NCBI GenBank assembly: GCA_963796685.1 | Contig: CAWCMR010000020.1 | Location: 45,519-109,518, forward strand | DNA: 64,000 nt | From: an uncultured delta proteobacterium | GTDB lineage: Bacteria; Myxococcota_A; Polyangia; Fen-1088 | Direction of reading: 5' to 3' | In this document: positions 1-7,948 of the stretch, piece by piece | How the letters are laid out: every line of letters begins with the position of its first letter | Numbering within the stretch: the stretch's first letter is position 1 | Notes under the pieces: model-generated | Told to the model about the DNA's origin: nothing | The model's input: the letters and a program-made list of their open reading frames with translations, nothing else | The model's database searches: none | Position numbers and translations under genes: made by a program

Positions 1-899
1 AACCCGCACTGCTCGGCGACTTTCTTGACCGTGAATCGGCTGCCGGCGATCAGCCGCATGGCCTCTTCAAGCCGTAGGCTGGCCAGGTAGCGACCGGGCG
101 AGATCCCGCGCACTTTCTCGAACTGTCTGGAAAAGTGGAAGCGGCTCATCTTTGCGACACGGGCCATGTCGTCGACCCCGATGGGCCGGGCGAGATTGAG
201 CTGGCAGAACTTCTCGACGTCCAGGACGAAGGCCGGCACCGGTTGCGCCGACGGGGAGAGCCCACCGGCGACCTCCGTGCTCTGGCTCTGCAATGCCATG
301 ACGATGGCCCAGGCCAGCTCGGAAGATCGGTAGGACGATTCAATCTTGCCTTCAAGGGCGGTCGCGCACGCCTCCGCGGCGCGCTCCAGTGCGGGCGAGC
401 TCTCGGCAAGCGCGATGATCGGGCCCGACTTCTCGATCATCCCCCGAACACCCCGCACGGCTTCGATCCCGCTCAGCAGGACGTAGAAGAACTCCCAGCG
501 TTCACCTTCCTCGATCCAATAGCGGTGCTTGTGCGGGAAGTGGAGCAGCATGGCCTGTCCCGGCTCCACGAACATTTGGTGGTCCTGGAATCGAAGTCTC
601 CCCCGCCCACTCAGGGTGTACTGGATCAGCGCGAGCTCGGCATTGCCGCGCCGCCAGCCATCCCAATCGTAGCTGGGATCGTTCTCCTCTTTGAAGCCCG
701 CGCTGTAGATGAGCGCTGGCAAAGGTCCGTGCAGGTTGGGAAACAGCAGGGTCTCCCGATGGCCCATTTGGTAGAGCCGCTCGATGCCTGAAAGACCCGT
801 CAGCGTGGCTCCACTCATGGTGGCTCCGTCCTCACACGGGGGCAGGTCTGGCCCGAGGGACTGGCCTGCAGGAAGTTCCGCGGATTGTGCGCTGAGCAT
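1..899 (-). CDS. AraC-family transcriptional regulator (cupin + HTH), 3' end runs off the window
   Basis: Manual translation (not in the ORF track because the stop is outside the window): ...LIQYTLSGRGRLRF...EPGQAMLL...HRYW... cupin, then GVDDMARVAKMSRFHFSRQFEKVRGISPGRYLASLRLEEAMRLI...VKKVAEQCG HTH. ATG at 899 follows AAAGGA; alternative ATG at 818. Confidence 0.9.
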   Translation of the reverse strand, partial: MLSAQSAELPAGQSLGPDLPPCEDGATMSGATLTGLSGIERLYQMGHRETLLFPNLHGPLPALIYSAGFKEENDPSYDWDGWRRGNAELALIQYTLSGRGRLRFQDHQMFVEPGQAMLLHFPHKHRYWIEEGERWEFFYVLLSGIEAVRGVRGMIEKSGPIIALAESSPALERAAEACATALEGKIESSYRSSELAWAIVMALQSQSTEVAGGLSPSAQPVPAFVLDVEKFCQLNLARPIGVDDMARVAKMSRFHFSRQFEKVRGISPGRYLASLRLEEAMRLIAGSRFTVKKVAEQCG

Positions 900-1141
900 A
901 GGATTTCCTTTCAGCGCGGTGCGTGATGCGGGCGCCACGAACCCACGGGGTCGCTCGCCGCCTCGTGTTTTGCCGAGCGATTTCTCGCATGCCTCGTTCA
1001 TGACCCGTTCGACCTCTCGTACCTCGCTCCCTGTGAATTCCCTCAACTCCCATCACTGATCATGGAGGTTTGCCCTTCGACGTCTTGCTGACTCGGCGGG
1101 TCTTTGACGCCCAGGCCCATGTGCCTGAGCCGACGGATGGG

Positions 1142-2704
1142 TTATAGGCGGCTGGCGTAGTCGATCTTCATCTGATCGTAGAGCGCCAGGTCGGGCTGGG
1201 CGGTGTAGGTGGTGCCCGATCGTCTGAGCAGGTCGTGCCCGGTGTTCCAGTCGCCCTGCGTGGTCGGCTCCCAGTTGAAGGTGCCGATGCCCTGGTCGTT
1301 GGCAAGGCCGTAGACCACATCGTTGATCTCGCGTTGCATGGGGCCGTACTCGGCCGCGAAGAACTTGATCTTGGGGTACTTGGTGGCGAGCCCGGTGAAG
1401 GTGTTCGTCCAGCCGGTCTTGGTATTCGTCGTGCTGTTGGGGTCGCCCTGGTACTTTTGATAGCACGACTCGCCGAAGGCATCGAACACCACGCCCTGTT
1501 TGATGGCGTTGTCGATCCAATCGGTGGTGGTGGCCAGGGCCGCGCCCGTCTTGTCCGTCGGCTTGTCGCCACCGCGATCGATGTGGCACGAGATGAGGAT
1601 GGTGGTGTCCACGTCCTTGACGCCTTGAATGCCGGCCTTCAGCAGGGTGCCGAGGTTGGTCCAGTTGGAAGTGCTGCCAGTGATTTTGTTGTTTCCCGTG
1701 GGCTGACCGCCGCTGTCGCAAACGTGGATCAGCATGCCGGGCGTGGTTTCGTTTCCGATTTGCACCATGTCGGGTCGGGCGCCGCCAGCGACCAGCTTGG
1801 CGATGGCGTCCTTGGTATAGTCGTGCACGGCGGTGGCCAGGTCGGCGATGGTGGTGAAGCTCTGCCACGCCACGGGGACGCACTGCTTGCCCGGATCGGC
1901 CCAGTTGTCGCTGAAGTGGAAGTCGACCAAGAGGCCCATTCCCGCGTCCTTCACTTGCTTGCCGAAGGCCACGGTGTGGGTGATGTCGTCGTAACCGTTG
2001 GTCTTGTCGTAGCCATCGGCCGCCCTGGGATCGACGAAGGTGCGCAAGCGGACGGCATTGAATCCGTGCGACTTCATGATGGTGAGCAGGTTGGCCCGCG
2101 TGGCATCGGGGGCAACCTCTTGATCGGTCACGTCCGCACCCAGGAAGTACGAGGCCGAGAAAGCGGTCGAGGAACCGCCTGCGCCGGTCGCGCCGCCCGT
2201 GTCAGTCACGCCGCCCGTAGCCGTCGCCCCGCCTATGCCAAGAGCGCCGCCGGTGTCTTTGGCGCCACCCGTGCTGATTGTCCCACCGGTCGCACTTGCC
2301 CCGCCTGTTCCCTTGGCGCCGCCGCTCCCGACTGCGCCGCCGCTCGCGCTGGCACCGCCCGAGCCCTTGTTTCCGCCTGTCGCCGCGTTTCCGCCGCTGC
2401 CGGTCGCACCGCCAGTTTCTATTGCTCCGCCCGAGCCCTTGGCACCGCCCGTGGCCGGGGGGGCGCCAGCTGCGCCACCCGACCCGGTCGCCCCTCCCCG
2501 GGCCCTGCTCGAGCTGGTGGTGCCTCCCAAGCTCACCGCGCCGCCCGAACCGGTCGAGCCGCCGGCACCTCCGCTGGTCGTCGCGCCGCCAGAGCTGGTA
2601 GATCCCCCGCTGCCCCCGCTGCCGTTGGTCGAGCAGGCGGCAAGGAAGGCCGCGAGAGCAATGAGCGAGAGGGCACGAAGCCGAGGAATGGGTTGGGAAT
2701 GCAT
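1142..2704 (-). CDS. GH53 arabinogalactan endo-beta-1,4-galactanase, lipoprotein with long Gly/Ser/Thr linker
   Basis: Lipobox FLAAC; GGATGSGG-type linker; GH53 motifs GFNAVRLRTFVDP, DFHFSDNWADPGKQ, PDMVQIGNE, AEY, NWEP. Confidence 0.92.
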   Translation of the reverse strand: MHSQPIPRLRALSLIALAAFLAACSTNGSGGSGGSTSSGGATTSGGAGGSTGSGGAVSLGGTTSSSRARGGATGSGGAAGAPPATGGAKGSGGAIETGGATGSGGNAATGGNKGSGGASASGGAVGSGGAKGTGGASATGGTISTGGAKDTGGALGIGGATATGGVTDTGGATGAGGSSTAFSASYFLGADVTDQEVAPDATRANLLTIMKSHGFNAVRLRTFVDPRAADGYDKTNGYDDITHTVAFGKQVKDAGMGLLVDFHFSDNWADPGKQCVPVAWQSFTTIADLATAVHDYTKDAIAKLVAGGARPDMVQIGNETTPGMLIHVCDSGGQPTGNNKITGSTSNWTNLGTLLKAGIQGVKDVDTTILISCHIDRGGDKPTDKTGAALATTTDWIDNAIKQGVVFDAFGESCYQKYQGDPNSTTNTKTGWTNTFTGLATKYPKIKFFAAEYGPMQREINDVVYGLANDQGIGTFNWEPTTQGDWNTGHDLLRRSGTTYTAQPDLALYDQMKIDYASRL

Positions 2705-2867
2705 GGTTGTCTCTTGATGCGTTGCGAGTCGACGAATAGGGAATGGAAGCAGTCTGCTCCTCTTTGACAGTGGCGCGGGGTCGGAAAACCAATCACAGGC
2801 GAAGCACTTTCACTTCAGGGTAGCCGGGCAGGCGCACTGGGTCTAACCTGCGGTTCGCACCGTGCCA

Positions 2868-3626
2868 ATGGACGTGAGCCAACCCGAGGTCAGCCTTGCT
2901 CCCGACAGCGCCGAAAGCCTGCGACGGCTCTTCGACGACGAGCTGCGTTTTCGCCGTGTCTTCGTGGCCGGGGTGTTCCCGATTCGCGAGCGGCAGCGCT
3001 GCCGCCTGGTGGTCGTGCACCCCCAGGGCGGATGCTTCTCCGTCGAGGCCGAAGTCGTCTATCTCAAAGCCGAGGAGCCCGGCGCTGGCGTCGGGCTCGA
3101 TTTGGTGGGACTCGATGCCGACAAGCTCGTGGGCCTGCAGTCGTTCGTGCAGCAGGCCGCGAAGACCCAGGACGAGGACGAGGTCGAAGACGAGGTTGTC
3201 GCGGTGAAGGGCGAACCCGCTGGTCCGCGCAACGTCTACGAGCGCATTCGGCGGCTCAGCCTTCACGAGCGGGACAGGATGGCGCGACAGGGACTGCTGT
3301 CCGAACGCGTGGCGCTGGAACGCACCTTCGGTGGCAGCGTGTGGGAGGGACTTTTGCAGAACTCCTCGCTGACTGTTCCCGAGGTGGCCCAGATCGCCAA
3401 GAAAGGCACGTTGCCCCAACCCCTGGTGGCCGTGATTGTCGCCAACGGTGGCTGGTTGGCCAGCGGGGAGGTACGCCGAGCGCTGCTCGGCAATCCGCGC
3501 GTAAACGGCGCGCAACTCGATCGGGTTTTGCGGGCCACGCCCAAGCCCGAGCTGAAACAGATCGCCCAGATGTCGCCCTATCGTTCGCAAGTGCGCATGG
3601 CTGCCAAGAAGCTCCTCGGCGAATAG
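2868..3626 (+). CDS. Conserved hypothetical protein: degenerate PilZ-like N-domain plus helical C-terminal domain
   Basis: EAEVVYL...GAGVGLDLVGLD resembles the PilZ barrel end. The C-terminal LLQNSSLTVPEV...VRRALLGNPR pattern is typical of deltaproteobacterial hypotheticals. Confidence 0.6.
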   Translation: MDVSQPEVSLAPDSAESLRRLFDDELRFRRVFVAGVFPIRERQRCRLVVVHPQGGCFSVEAEVVYLKAEEPGAGVGLDLVGLDADKLVGLQSFVQQAAKTQDEDEVEDEVVAVKGEPAGPRNVYERIRRLSLHERDRMARQGLLSERVALERTFGGSVWEGLLQNSSLTVPEVAQIAKKGTLPQPLVAVIVANGGWLASGEVRRALLGNPRVNGAQLDRVLRATPKPELKQIAQMSPYRSQVRMAAKKLLGE

Positions 3627-3727
3627 TCTCACCACATTTTGCCTTGTCGCGGTACTCGACCTTGCTCGAATCCGTGCGACAATCCCTTCCATGCTGGGCC
3701 CCGCGGCAGCGAATGGGTGAGGACTCC

Positions 3728-4633
3728 ATGACTGCACTGCTCGTTCTCGAACTCTTGCTTGGGACGTCGCTTGACAAGGCCATCAAGGCGCCGAACGTGA
3801 CCGTGGATTTCAGCGCGGTCGATCGCGAGTTGCTGGGAGAAACGGCCCTCCACGCGGCTTACAAGAACCTACTCGCGCGGCTGGCCGAGGACGGCTTTGC
3901 GATGACCGAGCCGAACCAGACCGGCGCCATCGTGGTCACGATCAGCCGCACCAGCGACCAGAATCTGAAGCTTCTCGTCGAGAGCGCCGCGGGAGCTCGA
4001 TCGCGCAAGATCCACTTCGGCGAGAACGCGGGCGAACAAGAGGAATTCCAGCTCGTCCAGGCGACCATCGAGCTGGTGCGCGGCGCGCGCGACGACTTGT
4101 CCGCCATGGTCCTCCCCCCGACACAGTCCTCCGCGAGTCCCCACGCCGTCGGGGCCGAGCTTGCAGGCGCGATGCTGTGGAGCGGAGCCTCCACGGGTGT
4201 CATGGCCAACGTCGGCGCCGATGTCCGGCTTGGACCCGTGCAATTGACCTTGGGCTTGGTCGGGCACGAGCCGCTGGGCTTGCCGAGCGATCTGCGCATC
4301 TTCGAATGGGGAGCCCTTGCGGGCGCGCGCCTGGGCACACGGGCGTTTGCCCCCTGGTTGGCGTTGCAAGTGGCTCTGGACGGCGGCTTTCTGCAAGAGC
4401 GGTACGATTACACCGATGCCGCCGGGGCCAAGTCTCGCGGAGTCGTCAACGAGCCGATCGGCACCGGCAGCCTCGGCGCCGCGCTGGATGTTGCGAAGGG
4501 GCTGAGTATCGGCTTGGCGCTTGGAGCCTGGGTGACCCCGCACGCCCACGCGTACCTTGCGGCCAGCGGAACGCAGTGGAAAGCTCCGCGGTTGAGGCCT
4601 TTCGCTGGCGTGCGCCTGGAATACCTTCGCTGA
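3728..4633 (+). CDS. Hypothetical exported protein, possible C-terminal outer-membrane beta-barrel
   Basis: ATG after GAGGA; hydrophobic N-terminus; amphipathic beta-strands ending FAGVRLEYLR. Confidence 0.6.
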   Translation: MTALLVLELLLGTSLDKAIKAPNVTVDFSAVDRELLGETALHAAYKNLLARLAEDGFAMTEPNQTGAIVVTISRTSDQNLKLLVESAAGARSRKIHFGENAGEQEEFQLVQATIELVRGARDDLSAMVLPPTQSSASPHAVGAELAGAMLWSGASTGVMANVGADVRLGPVQLTLGLVGHEPLGLPSDLRIFEWGALAGARLGTRAFAPWLALQVALDGGFLQERYDYTDAAGAKSRGVVNEPIGTGSLGAALDVAKGLSIGLALGAWVTPHAHAYLAASGTQWKAPRLRPFAGVRLEYLR

Positions 4634-4647
4634 CGGGTCGGCAGCGA

Positions 4648-4758
4648 TCAACGAACGGCGGCGTACAGGTCTGCGATCTCCTGTTGCGACAGCGCGCGCT
4701 TGTAGACGCGGAGGTCGTCCAGCGAGCCGTCGAACAACGGATCGCGACAATCGGCCAC
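4648..4758 (-). pseudogene. 3'-terminal remnant of a LamG/concanavalin-like jelly-roll gene
   Basis: Manual translation: DPLFDGSLDDLRVYKRALSQQEIADLYAAVR*, the typical LamG_3 C-terminal motif. No upstream domain is present. Confidence 0.7.
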
Positions 4759-4786
4759 GGGGCGCCCGCGCGGAGCCCGCGGCCGG

Positions 4787-4999
4787 CTAGGGCTCTTCCT
4801 GATAGAACAGCGTGATCGTGAGGCAATGAAACGCGCTGTCGGATGACTGCGTGACGGACTTGCTCACGATGCGACTCTTGGGGTTGGCACGTATCCACTC
4901 GGTTATTTTTTCGCCAAGGGTGTCACGATCGCGCGCCTTCGTCGCGAAGAACACCTTGGCTCCTGTGAATTGATCCATTTCGGCGGCGCTGTTTGTCAT
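4787..4999 (-). CDS. Small conserved myxobacterial-type hypothetical protein
   Basis: FTGAKVFFATKARDR..LGEKITEWI...VTQSSDSAFHCLTITLFY resembles a small family recalled from myxobacteria. Alternative ATG at 4978. Confidence 0.75.
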   Translation of the reverse strand: MTNSAAEMDQFTGAKVFFATKARDRDTLGEKITEWIRANPKSRIVSKSVTQSSDSAFHCLTITLFYQEEP

Positions 5000-5267
5000 C
5001 GATTCCAACTTCAATCTGAATGCCAACTTCTGTCGCAGACACGACCTTCCGTGAGAAGGTCCTTCACTGTCAAGAAGTTCCTCGAACTGCGATGCATTCC
5101 TCTAACCACAACGAGAAGAAATCGGAAGGAATCAGGGAAAGTTGAGCGCGCCAATCCACGCGTCCACATGCGCCAGCGTCGCAAGGTCGCTCGTCGGGCT
5201 ATGCTGTTATCTGCGCCGCATGGTCGATTCTGACACCACGAGACTCGCGAGAAAGTAGTCCGTGCCG

Positions 5268-5639
5268 TCAGCGGACACGCAAGGCGCTCAGACCCATCCA
5301 CAGAAAACCGGCCACCAAGAGCAGGCCGCCGAGAGGCGTGATCATGCCGAGCCGGCGCGGTGCCCCCAGGGCCATGGCGAAGAGCGATCCGCTGAACAGC
5401 AGCATCCCGAGCAAGAGCACGGAGCTGGGACAAAGGAGGGTCAGTCCCGTTCGTTCGAAAAGCCCGTGCAGCATCATACCCAGGGCGGCGATGAACAAGT
5501 ACTGGGTGCCGGTGTGCCACCAGCCGAGGTTTGCGGCGGGCAGGGCGGACAGGGCGTGGGCGCCGAACGCGCCCAGCAGAACTCCAAGCGCGGCCGTGAA
5601 GGCGCCGAGTGCGAATGCGTTCAAGGACCAGTCGGGCAT
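5268..5639 (-). CDS. DUF423 (YgdD/TMEM256) membrane protein
   Basis: GVLLGAFGAHAL, WHTGTQY, LFSGSLFAMAL, GMITPLGG. Confidence 0.9.
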   Translation of the reverse strand: MPDWSLNAFALGAFTAALGVLLGAFGAHALSALPAANLGWWHTGTQYLFIAALGMMLHGLFERTGLTLLCPSSVLLLGMLLFSGSLFAMALGAPRRLGMITPLGGLLLVAGFLWMGLSALRVR

Positions 5640-5698
5640 GGCCAGATGCTGCCAGAAAAACGGCGAACGCCAACGCGAATGTGGCTTCGCACGCTCGA

Positions 5699-6133
5699 CT
5701 ACACGCCCGTCTGCTTGTGCGGACGTAGTCCCTTGACCACCAGGCCGAGCCCAGCGGCGATCATGAACAGCATGATCAGCGTGTTCACGAGCGAGGTGGT
5801 TTGGAAGTAGATGTCCAGATTGACGAGGATTCCGGCCAGGATGAACAGAAGACCGCCCACCGACAGGAACCAGCCCAGCGCCGACTTGCCATTCACGAAC
5901 AGAATTCCGACGCCGAAGAGCAGGGGAATGAGGCTGATGCCGAAACTGCGGCCCGCGCCCCCGAGGCCCATGAAGTTCCAATACGAGGAATGCACCTGCA
6001 CGTGGGAGAACAGCAAGTAGAAGCCGACGGCGGCGATCAAGACGCCGATGAAAAACTCGCCCACGCCGCCAGTGGTGCCGCCTGCACCCTCGAACTTGCG
6101 TTTGCCTCCAAAGCTCGCGCCGCCGTCGCTCAT
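5699..6133 (-). CDS. Conserved 4-TM membrane protein
   Basis: GAGGTTGGVGEFFIG N-terminal motif and four hydrophobic helices. Confidence 0.8.
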   Translation of the reverse strand: MSDGGASFGGKRKFEGAGGTTGGVGEFFIGVLIAAVGFYLLFSHVQVHSSYWNFMGLGGAGRSFGISLIPLLFGVGILFVNGKSALGWFLSVGGLLFILAGILVNLDIYFQTTSLVNTLIMLFMIAAGLGLVVKGLRPHKQTGV

Positions 6134-6273
6134 GGTTGCACCATTGTACATCGGAAGGGCGCGTTCTCGCTTGTTTCCAAACCGAGCGCGAGGCGCCTTC
6201 ACAAATTTACAAAACTGGCCAGGACTCGAAACCATCCTCGGGGGACAGTAACCAGTGTCTAGGAAAGGAGGTC

Positions 6274-6450
6274 ATGAAGATGCCAGCGACAGAGATTTTC
6301 TTCCGAGCTGATGCGAATGCGACGGATGGAGCGGACGGAAGGGTGAAGCTGTGGGCGGACTCGGTGGGGGCGGCGGCCACACAGCTCGGCGTCATCCTGA
6401 CCCTCGGCATCGCCGTACATCTTGCCAGCAACCTGCTGTTCGGTCGGTAG
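6274..6450 (+). CDS. Small protein (58 aa) with a C-terminal TM helix
   Basis: Strong SD (AGGAAAGGAGGT) immediately before ATG 6274; C-terminal LGVILTLGIAVHLASNLLF. Confidence 0.6.
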   Translation: MKMPATEIFFRADANATDGADGRVKLWADSVGAAATQLGVILTLGIAVHLASNLLFGR

Positions 6451-6515
6451 ACACCGGCAGTCGGTTGGGAAAGGAGAGGCCATAAAGAACAAGAGCGCGT
6501 GCGGTAGCGATCGCG

Positions 6516-7688
6516 CTACTGCACTTTTCCGAAGGCGCACTTCAGGTAATCGCCCTCCGGAAACACAGGCAGAGTGGGGTGATCCAGGCCGGCGCCGGTG
6601 TAGGCTTCGAGCACGAACCGGCGCCCGGCCTGGTGGACACCCGTTTTCACCAGCGCGAGAAATTCGTCGCGCGGCACATGGCTGGAGCAGGAGGCCGCGC
6701 ACAGGAGGCCGCCCGGCTTCACGGCCTGTGCAGCCAGGCGGTGCAGGCGCAAGTAGGATCGCCGCGCAGAGGGTACGCTGTTCTTCGACGGGGCGAAGCT
6801 CGGCGGATCGGAAATGACGATGTCCCAGGTCTTCTTTTCCGCGACGGCCTCTTCGAGGAAGGCGAAGGCATCGCTCGCGTGCAGGCCGGCGCAATCGAGA
6901 GCGAGGCCGTTGCGCTCGAAGTTGCGCCTCGCCGCGGCCACGGCCGGGCGGGCGATGTCCACGGTGTCGGTGCGCGTCGCTCCCGCGGACGCTGCATGGA
7001 TGGAAAAACCGCCCGTGTACCCGAACAGATTGAGCACGGACTTTCCTTTGGAACGAGCCGCTACGGCCAGGCGATTGTCGCGCTGATCGAGGAAGAGTCC
7101 GCCCTTTTGACCGCGGCCCACGTCGACGATGAAGCGAACGCCGTGCTCCAGGATTTCGATCTCCTCGCCGTGCTGCGCACGGGCGTCACGGTCTATCGTC
7201 TTGCGCACCTGAAAAGTCTCGGCACCCTCGGCGGCGCACTCGGCAGCGCACTCGAAAAGAAGGCCGGGCAGGTCGGCGTAGAAGGCGCGGCTGCCTTCCC
7301 CGTCGTAGCGCACGGAGGCGACGTCGGCGTAGAGGTCGACGTGGATACCGGGCAGGCGATCCGCCTCGCCATGCACCCAGCGAAATGCGTTGGTCGCGGT
7401 CAGATCGAGCCGGGCGCGGCGCATGGCCAGGGCGGCCTTCAGCCGGCGGCGAACCAAGGCGACCCTATCTTCGATCGGAACCAGGTCGAGCACGCGGACT
7501 GCGATGGGGCCGCGGGCGTCCCAATAGCCGAACGCCACCTCGCGACCATGTCGATCGACCACTGCGACGATCTCTCCAGGTGAAATTCCTGGGCGGTGGG
7601 CCAAGGCTTCTCGGAACACCCATGGATGTCCCTGTCGCAGCGTGCGACTCAAATCCTTCCTCAACGCCAATCCAACCGGCCGGATCAT
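6516..7688 (-). CDS. rlmI: RlmI-like class I SAM-dependent rRNA methyltransferase with PUA domain
   Basis: GHPWVF PUA start, HGEADRLPG, GQKGGLFLDQRDNR, VLNLFGYTGGFS, DPPSFA, SCS, DHP..PEGDYLK. Confidence 0.88.
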   Translation of the reverse strand: MIRPVGLALRKDLSRTLRQGHPWVFREALAHRPGISPGEIVAVVDRHGREVAFGYWDARGPIAVRVLDLVPIEDRVALVRRRLKAALAMRRARLDLTATNAFRWVHGEADRLPGIHVDLYADVASVRYDGEGSRAFYADLPGLLFECAAECAAEGAETFQVRKTIDRDARAQHGEEIEILEHGVRFIVDVGRGQKGGLFLDQRDNRLAVAARSKGKSVLNLFGYTGGFSIHAASAGATRTDTVDIARPAVAAARRNFERNGLALDCAGLHASDAFAFLEEAVAEKKTWDIVISDPPSFAPSKNSVPSARRSYLRLHRLAAQAVKPGGLLCAASCSSHVPRDEFLALVKTGVHQAGRRFVLEAYTGAGLDHPTLPVFPEGDYLKCAFGKVQ

Positions 7689-7948
7689 GACCTCGCCGCA
7701 TCATACTATCACTTTTGCGACCGCGCACCCTTAAGGAGCGCGGCGGTTGGGCCGAGACAATACTGGTTGCCAGGAAGGGGGAGGGGGCTTTCGACGGGCG
7801 GCGTGGTTCGGAGGGACCTTTTCGTCTTGGAGGGGTGGGGCCGGCGGTGCCGCGACTTCGGGCGGGTAAGTTGGAGGGTGTGACAGCCGCGGTGCCGCCG
7901 GAAGTGTTTCCTGTGATAGACGTAGTCGTTCTTGCAGAGGACGACCGC

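Noticed and set aside
135-791. 218-aa plus-strand ORF
   Set aside because: Antisense shadow of the AraC gene.
2150-2630. Nucleotide repeats as a possible DGR or VNTR system
   Set aside because: Explained by the Gly-rich linker codons; no reverse transcriptase or template/variable repeat pair seen.
2793-2850. Possible additional 3' gene stub (DPVRLPGYPEVKVLRL*)
   Set aside because: Too short to assign to any family by eye.
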